64,000 nt of DNA, taken from Pseudovirgaria hyperparasitica (Eukaryota). Both the position numbers and the translations under genes were made by a program. Every line of letters starts with the position of its first letter. Within the stretch, counting starts at the first letter, position 1. The notes beneath the pieces are model-generated. The model did no database searches, was not told the origin of the DNA, and worked only from the letters and a program-made list of their open reading frames with translations. Shown here piece after piece: positions 11,543 through 25,109 of this stretch. The stretch lies in assembly GCA_010093815.1 (NCBI GenBank), contig ML996568.1; one strand, 5' to 3'.

Positions 11543-12506
11543 CAAAATGCTCCCCAGCCTCACCAACCTTACCAGCCACATAAGACACGTGACATAGAAA
11601 TTCATCTTTGGAAGGCTATCGCTCTGTAATTCCTTTTTAGCCTAGTGGTCTAATAAGTTCCATTTCATTTCGTACCGGGCATGGTGGCAAGCAAAATATC
11701 TGACCGAACTGTTGCTTGGTCGGACTATCGATGACGGAATCTCTATCTATACAGGGAAACGGATTCTGTTTCTAGTATATACAATATCTACCTCATGCGC
11801 TGCTAAGTGTGTAGACGCTTCTCTCATTGCCATTAGACTAGAGCAAGGCCTCGTACAAGGATATGTGATAGCATAAACCCGACTTTGATACAGCTCACCA
11901 CGTCGCAAACGCGAACTCAACACCGTCTCTTTCTGAAAGGTGGTCCTGGCGCCAGGTCGTGCGCTACGCTTAGAATCTGGGGAAACCAGGGTCATCGGCC
12001 GGTAGCCCTCCCTGGAAGGACCTGCAAGTGGGAAATATACGGTAGCCCTTCGTCATGCATCTCCCTTTTGCCAGCAGCGTTCTCATGACAAAGCCTGTAT
12101 CCACTGAACAATGTTTGGACAGGAGACAGAGTCACGCGCCGTGACAGCTCTGTATGCTACTCGTCACATGCGCCACCCTTGACTTTGTTGCAGGCCTCAT
12201 CGGCTGCCTTGCTGGAAATTCTGACCCTGGACATTGCGCCTGGCTGAGGGCTGATTAGCGAGAGAACGCCTCAATGAAAGATGGATGATGGGCCTTGAGG
12301 AATCCTTTTAACTACTCGTGTTAAATCAACTTGATATCCCATCTGTGTAATACGGTGTTCGTGCGGGGCATTGCTCTCCCAGATTTGCACTGTGTCCACT
12401 AGTCAGTCCCACCGCCTCCTCGCTGCCCGTACTGATGGGCATTCGCCGCCCCAGTCGTTTCAGGGCTCTCGCAACTGTTCCTCAAACTTACCCAGCCAAT
12501 GTTGCG

Positions 12507-14220
12507 ATGGCCTCCATGATTGAAATGAAGTCCAGTAGCGGACAGGGTGAGTCGTAGTCTCAGGCGCGGCTGTGCGTTGCGGGAGTTGGGTTGCTAATGA
12601 TGCAATATTCTAGATAAATTGCAGGAGGTAACGGAGATGCTAAATATGCTGCGCGCCGACCTCACCGAGATGAATCTTCTACCACAACGTGAGATACATA
12701 GACATATGTAGCCCTTTGTACTACAAGCTGATAAGTGGCCTGGCGTAGAGAGAAATGAAGCATTGGAGAAGCTCAAGGTTCACGGCCGGTCCGTTGAAAA
12801 CGCCGATCCAATATTCACCAAAGAGGTACGTATACTTATGTACTCCGCAACGTTGCGCATGATTCTGACGCTTTGCAATAATAGGGCATCGATACGCTGT
12901 GTCGACACGGCTTTCATAGCCCATCTACTACGACTTCCCGCGAAGCTCTCCGCTGCCTAGCCAATGCTCTACTCCTACAGACCGAAACCCGCCAAATATT
13001 CGTTGATTTGGGATTCTCAGAGAAAGTCTGCGAACTTCTGAAAGTTAGTTCACAAGAAAGTCAAAAATTCATATTCAATGGAACTCACAAAGTACAGAGC
13101 GACAACCGCGACGATGAGTTCCTCGCATCCCGCATACTATTCCTCACAACTTATGGGACGAATCTGGATTTTGAAAAACTCATGAGAGATAGTCAGTTGG
13201 CCGAGACAATAAACCAGAATATAGCACGACATTCGAAACGGTATCCCAAGTCAGGGCGACGCGCTTCTTCTATAGCGTCCCCGATGGAAGACATGGCGTT
13301 GTCCGAAACATTGAAACTGATGTTCAATATCACCAACTTCTACCCTGACTTGGCCGAGATGTTTTCGAAATCGATCGCGCATATCTTCAAGATACTTTTT
13401 CGCACTCGTATTCCAACTCCGCCCTTGCATCCGCCTGTATGTTACCTCGTCAACGCATTGATGAATCTCGACCTAGAGGGAAAGAAAGGAAGCCAGCCAC
13501 TCGCCGTTAATCCGGTGTTTCCAAAATTTGATCAGAAGCTCAACGCGGAGCACCTGATCAAAATTCTCGATATGGCCATCACTCAGTATCCGGAAAAGGA
13601 GCTAGATACAGTTGCAGCACCTGTACTGGTACTTATCCGGAGAGTGTACGAGTTCGCTCCAGACACTGTCAAACGATATATGCAGTGTTTATTATTACCA
13701 ACGGATGAGGAGAGAAACATGCCTCTCGGGCAATCTGACACACTTTCTTCCCGGCTATTACGACTATCAACTTGCCCTTCCACTCCGAACCTTCGAGAGT
13801 CTATATCTGCTATGTTTTTTGAAATTTCTGGTAAAGATGCGTCAACATTTGTCAAAAATGTTGGCTACGGCTTTGCCTCAGGCTTCTTAATGAGCCACAA
13901 TATTGCAGTACCTGAGAACGCATCAGACGCTTTCAGTAGCCAAACGGAGGGTACACCAATCAACCCGATTACCGGGCAGCGTCTTGATGCGGAAGCCATC
14001 GAGACTGGACCAGAGATGACTGAAGAGGAAAAGGAAAGGGAAGCAGAAAAATTGTTCGTCCTCTTCGAAAGGTCTGTAACTTCGATCTCCGATTCATTCG
14101 AATCAATATATCGTTTGCGCATACTAATATGTACACAGATTGAAGAAAACGGGTGTCATGAATGTGAGAAATCCCGTGGAGCAAGCTGTACAAGAAGGCC
14201 GATTCGAGGAATTGGATTGA
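12507..14220 (+). CDS. RIC8: Ric8/synembryn G-alpha guanine nucleotide exchange factor/chaperone
   Basis: Six exons. Motifs SREALRCLANALLL, DEFLASRILFLTTY, FVKNVGYGFASGFL, INPITGQRLD and EMTEEEKEREAEKLFVLFERLKKTGVM..NPV; stop TGA at 14218-14220. Confidence 0.92.
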
Positions 14221-14707
14221 GATTCAGCTCTCTTCAGACTCTCTTGTGCCTAGGCAGCATTCGGCGATTGAGGCGAAGCATGGCTTAAGGTTCCGGCAGC
14301 TGCAGGCGTTGGTACGGCATTGGCGGCGTTTCGTTCATCTATCACTTGTACTATATATTATATATGTACGAGACGCGTCGAGAAATTGCGCTGAGACAAG
14401 CAATCGACAAGATTGGAGGTGGTAGTGCTGAATTCCTCCGTTAGAGTTGTTGTGTACGTTGGTGTTATGTGTCTAGGTAGTGTAGTCACGCCGGTGCCGA
14501 AAAGCTAGTTAGCATGGATAACCCTTGATGCGGCATGGGAAAGATCCAAGTCAGAGTTGCCTTCTTGCCAAAATAAACCTCAAAACACTGCGCTTGGTCC
14601 GCATACGGACGAGTCATCGTCGCCATGCTAACATCTTCATTTGGAAGGGTTTCTGGAGAGGTTTGCACTCTACTATATTCCCTGACCTACGCACGCGACT
14701 CCAAGTG

Positions 14708-16924
14708 ATGGCAGAGACCCCACCGCAGCGCAACCTTTCTCTGGTACCCTACTTACCTGCAGAATCGCGGCAGATCGTTTTGTAAGTATCATCTGTATAT
14801 GCGCTGGGAGTTTTTGAACTTTGGCTGTAGCATTGGACTGACATTGTTCATCTCTCTAGGCGCCATGGCTCAGCAGTTGTCGTGTTTGATCAGCGATCAA
14901 AACAGCTCTCGTTGAGAGATGCTTCTCGATCTGATGCCGTGGAGCTTTCCGACTGTCCATACTGCCATCGGCCCTTACGAGAAGAACCCGATCCAGAAGT
15001 GTATCACGATAACGAGCATGAAGCCGATACCACACCTGCGCCGGGATTTGTCAATCCAGAGTACTTCCGCATGCTCCAGTCCAGCGCGCCGGGCTCTACC
15101 ACTTCAACACGTCCACCTTCACCAGTTAAGAGGATCAGGCAACCAGTGGTGGAGAGCGATGACTACACGAGAACGCCCCCTGCTGAAGCTGAATTCATTG
15201 GAAGTGCGCCTGCACCCCAAACTACTCCAGCGTCACAAAATATCTCCACGGAAGCTTTTAGTCAAGGCTATTTCAAAACGTTCTTTGTCGAGGAGAAAGA
15301 GCTTGGACGAGGTGGAAAAGGTGTAGTCCTATTGGTTCGACATGTTCTTGATGGTGTCTCTTTGGGGCATTTTGCTTGCAAGCGAGTGCCTGTCGGTGAC
15401 GATCACGAATGGCTTCGCAAGGTTCTGATTGAGGTACAAGTGCTACAAAATCTTTCACATCAGAACCTAGTCTCATATCGGCATATCTGGCTTGAAGATT
15501 GGCAGCTCTCGTCATTTGGTCCCAGAGTTCCCTGCGCCTTTATTCTGCAGCAATACTGTAACGCTGGTGATCTCTACAAATACATCGCTGGGCCCACTAA
15601 AACCACTCTTTCTCCACAAGAACTCAAAGACCGTAGAAGGCGACATTCAAAGGGCCAATTAGAGTTTCCTCTGGACTCTACTGTACCTAAAAGATTGACT
15701 TTCGACGAGATCGTGAGCTTTACAAGAGACATTACTGCGGGTCTGCACCATCTTCATACGAACCGTTACATACATCGCGATCTCAAGCCCAGTAATTGTC
15801 TACTGCAGCGCACCGGTCTGCAATCATATAAAGTGCTGCTAAGTGACTTTGGAGAGGTCCAGTTGGTCAATGTCGACCGCAAGTCGACTGGAGCGACAGG
15901 CACAATTTCATATTGTGCCCCAGAAGTGCTCCGGCGTGACCTAAGCTCCGGAGCCCTTGGCAACTTCACAACGAAATCTGATATCTTCTCACTTGGGATG
16001 ATCGTACACTTCATGTGTTTCAGTAGATTGCCTTATCGCAACGCCGACGGTCTGGATGAAGACAATGAAGATGTCGATCAACTGAAAGCGGAAATCGTTG
16101 AATGGGCTGGTTTTGAAGAGGATCACAAGAACTCAAGAGCATTGCCAGAACTTTTATTCAAGTTTCTGAAAAGGTTGCTCTCTCTTGAGCCAGCACAACG
16201 ACCAAATACGTTGGAAATTCTCAAACAATTCAATCGCGGTACAAGCGCAGATGAACTCCCTGACTTTTCCGGATCTTTTGTAGCGGAGGACATGGAACCT
16301 CGCATCTCGTCTGTAGATAGCCCAACAGGTCCAAGTCGTCAAAGTTCTGCACGAAAAACACCGACAAGGTCAACATTTGTCAGACCAGGACCGTCTAAGC
16401 TGCGGCATTCCACCGTAGAGCCTTCAAGATCGCCAAGTCCACCTTCAGATAACTCTGTCGCCGATAGTACCACATGTGGACCGGAAAATTCGGGAGTTGT
16501 CCTTCGTACTCATAAAGCAACGTCTCGCGCAACCTCACCGCACCTGCCCGACGAGGGCCCACAGCGACTTTTGCTCCCTCCACCACCTACTTTCACTGGA
16601 CGAATCTACCGTTTCCTCGAGATACCTATCGTGGTGTTCATTCTGAAGACCTCGCTATTCCTTGCAAAAGCTGTTTCAATCCTAAATCCGTGCTCGACGC
16701 TGAGCCCGAACCCTTGGGTCACTTATCCGTTACTTTGTGTAGCGGCCCTTGATTTCTCGTTCCTCAAACCACATGATGGGACGTCCTTTGGTATTCTCAA
16801 TGGATCGTTAGTCCTTTTAGGTGTACATGTCGCTGCTCTCGTGGTTGCGACCTACTTTGGTCTTCTGTGTAGTATCAGACTGCCAATCTGGCATGAAGGT
16901 CCCATGTACACCGACGACATGTAG
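14708..16924 (+). CDS. IKS1: Iks1-family Ser/Thr protein kinase with C-terminal hydrophobic segments
   Basis: First exon MAETPPQRNLSLVPYLPAESRQIVL spliced to RHGSAVVV. CPYCHRP and FVNPEYFRML family motifs; kinase motifs LGRGGKGVV, ACKRV, HRDLKPSN, DFG and APE. Confidence 0.9.
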
Positions 16925-18730
16925 TTAGGAAGTGAACCCAACTCTCCATGAGTCTTCAGCAACCTCTATTCTCCTCCTGTCTCTGTCACAGCAGGGCTGT
17001 ATCACGCACGGAACTCTAGGCTGGTCAACCGCACGTCGGCCTTCAAGATTCGGGTCGTAGCGTACCATACTTGAGTCACCATTTTTTTCAGACGGGCGCA
17101 ACCGACACACGAGATACCAGCCTGCATATTTCCAGAAGCCATGATGCAACCCAATCATACGGCTCCAGACGATCGGCTTGACCTGTCTTAAATTGCTTGA
17201 CTTGTGGCATGAAAAACATTATATGCTGCATGCACGTAAGCGTATCTTGCTGGTCCAGCTTCAATGATGGACGTGATGACCAAGATGAGTCCCAATAACA
17301 CCTGGTTCTATATCTCAACGCACTTGTGGGTTATTGCAGACTCTATGTAAGGTATGTGAAACCTAGCAACACTATCAGGGGGGATATCAGAACGGGAGTT
17401 CACGCAAGGATACATTTACTAAGACATAAAACTGAGTACAAAAAGTGATCAGGAGTACTAGTCGAAAAGGGGAAAGTGCGATATGTAAGACGCAGCCTGG
17501 AGTCACCTAGAGATGGAAGTAACTCAAAGTCGACTGAAGATACGGAAGTGGTTTCCAGCTCAATCTGTGTCATTGGTCAGCGTCCACTAGGTGGCTGACG
17601 CTGAGCTTGATTCAGTCCACAGGTAGAGCACACTATGGATTGGCAAAGTGTCTCTTCATATCCTCATCTATGATATTTAGCCGTTGCTGATATCTTGTGC
17701 TCTACCTTTGTGGTGACTGTCAGTCGTCTTCTGACTCTAAACACGAACGTGGAACAGAGTCAGTACGTTATACTCACAATCGAATGCTCTTGCCTATTTC
17801 CTCGCAGGGACGGGGCTATGGAATTTCGTTCTTGAGAGGGATTCGTTTAATGAGGTCAAACGGCGGTGTCTACAGCATCAGTATGTTGGCCTCCACGTTG
17901 GTATTATTACTTTTTTGTGGTGACCTGCATGCAGTCTGACGGAACAATTCTTTCAAGACCGCCAGCAGCCACCATGGAACATCGGCGTCTTCTGGAAGAT
18001 GTAAGGTTGCAGCTGTATGCTTCGATACGATACTATGTCTTCCTTGAGCCTAGTTATACACGTGCAAGAATAGCGCAGATTCCGCAGAAGGGTTAGTTTT
18101 GCGCATTATGTGCAGATGGCACAAATACACGTGATGAGAACTTATGCATTGTGCAGTAAAGGAGAAATGTGGCCCAGAATCAGACAAGTCGGGAGTGTCG
18201 GCCGAGTCATTCACATCGGCATGCCGAACTGCTAGAACGACGCCCGGCTGGAACCATCCTCAAAGACTCGACCACACAGTACGTGAGCGAGACCCTTGAC
18301 GCCATCGCTTAAGGCCCAAGCAATGATATTATCAATGGCCCACTCGAAGCGGCTTGAACACAGCTTGACACACCTATCAGCTCGTTTCATGCTGGCAGGG
18401 GTGTAGGTCCGTGGATGGCATCCACCGTAGTATTGTGGTGTCTGGAGGCGTCCACAGGCGGTCAATCGAACTTTGCGTGTGGGAGACTTCTCAGTAGGGC
18501 TAGCAAGGCTGGGAGCTTTGACTTTGGAATATGAGCCATAGCTGTGATGGTACGGAATACGGCTGATGCGCTTCATGGATTTAAGAGTCCTCTGGTCCCA
18601 GATATCTCTGAGGCAAACAAGACTTAAGAAGCTTAAAGCTCCAACGACATATTCTTTCAATCTCGATATATCACATTGCTCTTGCTCAAAAGTGCTAATA
18701 AAACCACATTATCTTACCACCAAGTTTGCA

Positions 18731-19472
18731 ATGGCCCACTACTACGCTCCTCGCTATCAAGTGAGTGCTATGCACTCCCCGTACGATGCTGGCTATGATA
18801 GCAGCAGTGACACTACCTCCAACGTAAGTAGTTCCATAGTTTTATGTGCTTGATTAAGCATCACTAACACCTGTCAGTCTGCCTGGGATTCCAATTTCTC
18901 TGAAGATGTGCTTCCGCCTTTCGAGTATGCACACAGCTCGCATAGCATGAGCCCGGTCTCTGCGGCATCAACGCATGCACCAAACACCCCATATATGACC
19001 GCAGTCCGCCCTTCCACATCTTGCACATCCAGATCTTCGGGTGTCAAACAAACCCCTCAACCCACATCCGCTATGGAGAACGAAGAAGAGCGCCGCAAGA
19101 ATAGGAAGCGGGAGCAGAACCGTGAGAGGTAAGCTATCCGACGCCCCACCTGCACCAAACAACATACTCACACACAGCCAAAGCCAACGCGCCTTTCGTC
19201 GCCGCCAGGAAAACCGCGTCAAGTTCCTCGAGACGAAGACTCTCGAGCTCGAGACTTCCAGCCGACAACTCCGTGCTGAGAATGACCAGCTACGTACCGA
19301 GCTTCATGGCGAGCGCACACGCAATCAGGAGCTTGTCTCTACTATGAACATGATGTCGCCCTCACCCCTCAACCTTACGCAAGACATAGTGCCTTCGATA
19401 GAGGCAGACCGGTATCCCCAGTACAGCCAAAACCATGATAGCCAAGGGCTAGACCGTCGCGTCGTGTGGTAA
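18731..19472 (+). CDS. bZIP transcription factor (Yap/AP-1-type basic region)
   Basis: Exons about 18731-18823, 18878-19128 and about 19178-19472. Spliced basic region RKREQNRE..QRAFRRRQE followed by a leucine zipper (LETKTLELETSSRQLRAENDQL). Confidence 0.8.
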
Positions 19473-22400
19473 AGAGACGTATAGCCTTTGGGAGGAGGAG
19501 TGAAAGTTTTGGCGGGCCCGGGCGCCCGCCTCGCGTGTGCGGGCAAGTGTCACCGGGACATCCGGATCTCAGCGCAGCCCCACCTACTGCTGCTAAGAGG
19601 ACGGCCCAGTATGCACGTTTTTTGGGCGTGATAGTGGGAGGAAAAGCGATATGTTCATTCTGGTCTTCGTTCGACACAACACAAGGAGGGTTAAGCGTGG
19701 CGTTTGGCGATCTTTGGGCCCCGCGGTCGAAGCTCCTTGTGGGACAGGCCACCAAGTGCCGGTGTCGCTATACAAATGCGACAGGGCTTCGGCAGCAGGG
19801 GCCACGGATCTAGACATTGGGATGGCCTCTGTATCATTCTGCTGGGATCAATTGGGTCTTGTTTGGGATGTGTTGTTAGGATCTCACGATATGAGTGGTC
19901 AACAAACAATGCAATAAATCCACTTTGTCCTGTTCGCCTATCTTCTTTGTTCGTCAAGTTTGACTATGCCGTCTAGACACGGGAGATCTGCACTGCGCTC
20001 GGCTTGTCTGCACTCCAGGTTTGGCATCCTATCTTCTGGACTGGTCTGTCTCGGACAACATGGGATGATCGAGTTCCAGTTACGGCTGCCTCCATTATCT
20101 CAGCTCGTACCCACACATAACCTGGAAGCTATCACGACCAGGAGGAGTATGTCAATACCGCTTTGTTCAGCTGTCCATCTGTACCAAGATGCGGTCTGCA
20201 ATCTAATCCCAGATACAAATCAGACAAAATGCAACAGTGACACCACAACGCAGTCATTGTCATCCAGGGGAGATCTGCAACGTTGGCTACCATCTTCAGC
20301 TCAGAACTGTCCCTACCCCAGCAGAACAGGGATTGCGTATACCCGGCGCTAAACTAAACGGATGGATCTATCCCTGATGGCCTTGCCCTCAATCCCTCAC
20401 ACGTGTATCCAATAGTCAGATGAACACACCAGGTTCTGGTTCTTGTTTCCGCTCTTTGTTTGCTTTTATCAAACCTACACTAGCCATCTCATCACAAACA
20501 CGTCTACCAAAGCTTCGTCGTGTTCGTAGATTGCCTGCCAGCGGAGCCACATCCAGGCTTGTCTGCCCCTCGTAGAACCTAATTCGAAACAGTCACTTTC
20601 TTTAGGTTGATGAACTGACATTCATGAAGCGTCGCTGCTACATCTCTTTCCTCATAGCATGCCAACAGATACGGCGTTCCTCTACACCCAATGAGGAACA
20701 CGGGATGCAGCCTGAGCTAGCGCCACAAGAGTACTCACGTTGATCCTCGGAGTGGATCTTGTGGGGTTGTTTGTATGCTGTTGTCCAGCTGGAGGTCAAA
20801 ATAGTAGTAACCCTTGTTCGAGTCGGTTACATAGTAGTGGCAGGTTTGCCCTTTAGAAGTTTGCACATACCAATTGCCAATCCGGCAGATGAACGCATCA
20901 TATTGTCATATAGCGTTGTCATAGCTCCATCCTAATGGCAGAGCCTCAGCCCAGATAAATGTACCCCATATCGTCATACTAAGACGCTGCTGTGCTTAGC
21001 GGATGTTACTCCACGATGTATCAGCTCCGAAGACAAGCTTCAGCGTCATTAGGAGAGACGTCACCAGCTGTTCTCAGCATTTTGGTATTGATCCTACGTA
21101 AACGCTGAAAAGGTCGGCGCATCCAGGGACACCATCTGCAGGAGAGATCCTGCACCCTGCTGGACTACAGCGGTTTAAGCGGGATGCAAGTGCAAGTACA
21201 AACCTCCGTATTTCAGATCTAGCCGTGGGAAGCGAAGTTCTCGCCTTTTCTTTCCAGGCAGACTACTGTATGTCGTCGTCTGCGTGGCAGCTATTCACGA
21301 GATGGCGCCAGGAGACCAATAGACAGCCGCCATACACTTCGTACCAAGTTCCGACAAATGAACTCGTGCACGTCCGCCCTTTGGCACAGGCCGCAGCTTA
21401 ACGCACCGTGGGGATTTTGGCGCTCTCGATGGCTTTGAACAGCGCTGTGGGAGAGGGGACGACTTGTGGCTTCAGCAGACGTTTCCAGTGGTGCAGCGTG
21501 GCTGTTATGGCTGGAGAGGAGAGAGAGAAAACACACCGCACGCAGCCAGGGATCGTCGGGGGCTCCGTCGACTCATTGGCTGGTTGGCGCAGTGACCTAA
21601 TCGGGCAACGTGTACCTGTACCAAGTCCATAACTAGTGACTAGTCTACATCCTTAAGCGAAGCGCCTCATGGGCTAGAATCTAGTGTTCGGGACGTTGGT
21701 TCGGCATGCCGATGCCGATCTTAGGCCCGTTGCGAAGGGGCCGAGGCCGGGTCGGGTGGCCCGCTAGACACGTCTCAGAAGGAACGCATTCACATTCGCA
21801 TCACAACACACATCAGGTATTGGTATCGATTTGTCTACATTGCCGCTAAACAGAACATCGTCTTCTTGTGGGCCCTAGGTACCTTGATGGCAATCCACTC
21901 GACGTGCATGGCTGAAATCGCAATGTCCTGGGAGTGGTATCAGTATCTATGATCTCGTACCCCTTGATGGCTTTTCTCACACCTGCAACACGCCACTCGA
22001 GACATCCATGCGTTGTTGGCAGAAATTTACGTGTCCGAAGACCATTTCTGGGATACGGAATTAATAGCATAATGTCGTCTTCAACTATGCTGCGGAACAG
22101 CGGCGCTGTAAACATTCATAATGACAGATCTGACTAGTCGTAATAATGTCGTTCAAAATCGCCATGCTAACTAGGTAAGCAGTTCAGCCAATACAATTGC
22201 ACTCAGCACATCTTCAAGGCTCTCACCTAACCACCACAGAGTCCCGGTGCTGAATAGGACAAGCCCATCAATCAAACATGCATGAAGCTCCTCGCACCTC
22301 AGCTCGATGTTACATCACACTCCCCAACACCAAAACGACGGGGCCTCACTCTTCCTCGCGTGAGCCACTACCACCGTGCCTGCATCCGATCCCATTATAG

Positions 22401-23409
22401 CAACACGGGACCCGCATCCCTGTCAACATACATACAATGACACCGCTCCTTCAAGACCATCCAGCCCTCGACCCTCCGCCCAAAACCCATCAATCTGCTA
22501 GACAGATCTCCCATCTACAGTGCATGGCACCCCACCCTCCCCAATGCGAACGCACACTCCCGCAGCGGTGTAGCCGTCCAGCCACAAATATGCCATCATT
22601 CCACTCTACCCACCCTCCTCAAGCCAAGTTCGCTGCACGTCTCGTCACCCACAGGGTCCTCAGCTAGACCTAGTATGGCCGTTTATTCCCGCCTGTCATA
22701 TCGCAGTATGCGTAATGAGACGGCCCGCTGAAGGTGCGGTTGGCTTTGGGGAGTCAGGGCTGTTGGGTGGGTGTAAGTTTGATGTTGTTGTGCGCCGAGT
22801 GGGAGGGCGTGGCGCTGTGGCTGTAGCTATTTGTATTGGCTTGGGCGGGTGGAGGATGGGATCGAACTCCGGGGGCATTTGTCTGCCACACAATACAACT
22901 GTACTCGAGCGTGAATGTTGGACTGGAGGAGGGCTGTTCCGGCTGAACTGTGAGTGGACTTTTAGTGCGTTGGGCGGACTCAAGGCGTGCACAACATGTG
23001 CTCCACGGGCACTCTAATGAAGGACGAAAGCGGTCTCTGCCTGAAATTACGGTTTCTTTCTGTACAACGTTGTGCTCGTACTGACTATGTGGCATAGATT
23101 GTACCTTCACCAATCTGTCGTCGAGCAGCAGTAGCTGTACCTGCTTTGTATCTCATCAATTAGCAGAGATCTCAAGCATGCTGACCAGAGAGTTCATATG
23201 TTTGAATTCATGGCTAGACATCATGTCGACTCAATATAATAACTATGTACGCAAGCCAGGGTGCGACACACCTCAAAATTGAGGACCGAAAGTCATGTAC
23301 GGTAGGAGAATCATCGACCGCATGACATCTCACGTATTTAAACCCATATCACCACGCCAGATACCCCGAACAGACACATCCAGTACGCCGATATGATTGA
23401 GCACCGGTC

Positions 23410-25109
23410 TCACCTCCTCAGTACAACCCCCTCAACCAAGCCCCTCTCCCTCGACAGCCTCTCCCCTTCATCACCCACCGTCTGCACCAGTGCTGGAAAT
23501 ATACAGACTTCCCCTGCCCCTAACTCCCATCTAAACTCCCACACGCCAGGCTGCCCGAACAGTAACCATCCGAATCGGGCCCCACGCTTAAGGATCTCCT
23601 CTAAATTCGACGTCCTGTCCGCGTCCGAGTATCTGCTGGACACGTACGGTGCGAGGACGACCTGGAGAGCGGCTAGGGCGGCGTGAATACTTGCAGCGGG
23701 GAGAGGAGGTGCAGACAGGGCTGATGAGAGAGAAAGTGTGCGGTTCTCGTCGTGGATGTGTTTAGACTTCAGCAGGTTGGCAGTGAGGGTACGCCAGAGG
23801 TTGAAAGTGGCGGTTTGAGCTGTGATTGCTTAGGATTGACCATACTGGAACGTGGATTTGGGAAAGAGCCAACGGGGTCGGACATACCTCGATCTCCACT
23901 GATGACTGCGCCACGGACTTGCGCCAGAATAGTTGATGCTTCAATGGGCAAGAAGGATGTCTGTGGGTCACATGAGAGTGACAGGCGTGAAACGATGGTC
24001 CATGAGACACATAGACAGAGAGCAGAAGCACGTGTATCTGGGCTAGCCAGCAAAGTTGAAAGCTCAGGAGTTGAGATATACATCTGCGGACCAAGCGTCG
24101 AGAGGTCCAGAAGAGTTGTGGCAGGTGTAGGAGTTGAGCAGTCGTAGTAGCTTCCGATATGGTCTCTTGAAGTACGTCAGTCTATATAATGAGTGTCACT
24201 GTAGCATCAACATGGAAAGGGAACCACGGCCTACCTGATCCTCTGGCATAGTGTGCCCAGTTCGCGCTCTATCTGCCGGTCTTCTGCTGCCTGTGGCATG
24301 TTACTGCTCACCATGGCCACCAGTCCCGTGGTTGGAGACTTCGGCTCGTCATATGGTTCTTCTCGGTCTTTCGTAATCATTTCAACTAGACCGATGCGGG
24401 ATTGTGTTCGTGTCTGGCGTTGATCCTGGCGACGGAAGAAGAACATGATGGCGGCTCCTATAAGAGCTCCAAGAAGGGCCGTGCCGATTGCGATGCCTGC
24501 GATAGCGCCCGAGGAGAGAACCCGTGAAACAGCAGGTCCAGGAGAAGCAGTAATTGGGCTGTTCGTCGTCGTCGGTACTGCTGACGATACGGATGGTGCA
24601 GCAGATGGGCCCGCTGCCGTGTTTGACGCTGTAGTCTGCGAAGGCGTGTTCAAGGCTGGTGAAGTAGTGGAGATGGCGTCAGCTCCAGAGACAGGTATCA
24701 GAGAAACGCCATTGACAAGTAGATTGTCTGTATGGAGGCCCATCCTCACTCCCTCCACATTAGTTTCTGCTCCCAATATGAAACTGCCCGTGGCAGAGCC
24801 ATGGGTGAACGTTGCCGCGGCCTCTCCGAGCGTGTATATGACATTGATATTGGAGTCACTGATTGACGTAGTCGTCGTGGTAGGATGCCAATCAGAGATC
24901 CTTAGGGTCTGGTCTACGAGCTCGACGAAGTATGTTTGGGAGCCAAGTTGGGGGCAGCTGCTAGAGCAAGCTGACTTGACGACGTTGAAACCTTGTTCAT
25001 TGGAGACCGTGAATCCGCCAGTAATCAGAGGGACCGATACCGTAACACCATTAGATGGAGCTGTGTTAGCGGCATCATTACCATAGACGATGAGAGTGCT
25101 GGCTCCCAT
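23410..25109 (-). CDS. Single-pass membrane protein: beta-rich ectodomain, S/T stalk, TM helix and conserved-looking cytoplasmic domain
   Basis: Three exons (introns about 24166-24234 and about 23820-23887) join in frame. TM segment GAIAGIAIGTALLGALIGAAIMFFFRR. The cytoplasmic part ends ..NLEEILKRGARFGWLLFGQPGVWEFRW..VCIFPALVQTVGDEGERL..VVLRR*. Confidence 0.75.

Noticed and set aside
11600..12500. Telomerase RNA or RNase P/MRP RNA next to RIF1
   Set aside because: There is no TAACCCTAA template, and the GGAAAT segments lack a matching P4 3' strand at a plausible distance.
14750..14759. TACTTACCTG, like the U1 snRNA 5' end
   Set aside because: It is part of IKS1 exon 1 (PYLPA); no U1 stems or Sm site follow.
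17088..18660. Short ORFs upstream of the bZIP gene
   Set aside because: No recognisable motifs or consistent splice model; most likely regulatory or intergenic sequence.
22858..22872. GGAGTTCGATCCC (minus strand), like a tRNA T-loop/B box
   Set aside because: The T-stem does not close, and no cloverleaf or A box can be built.
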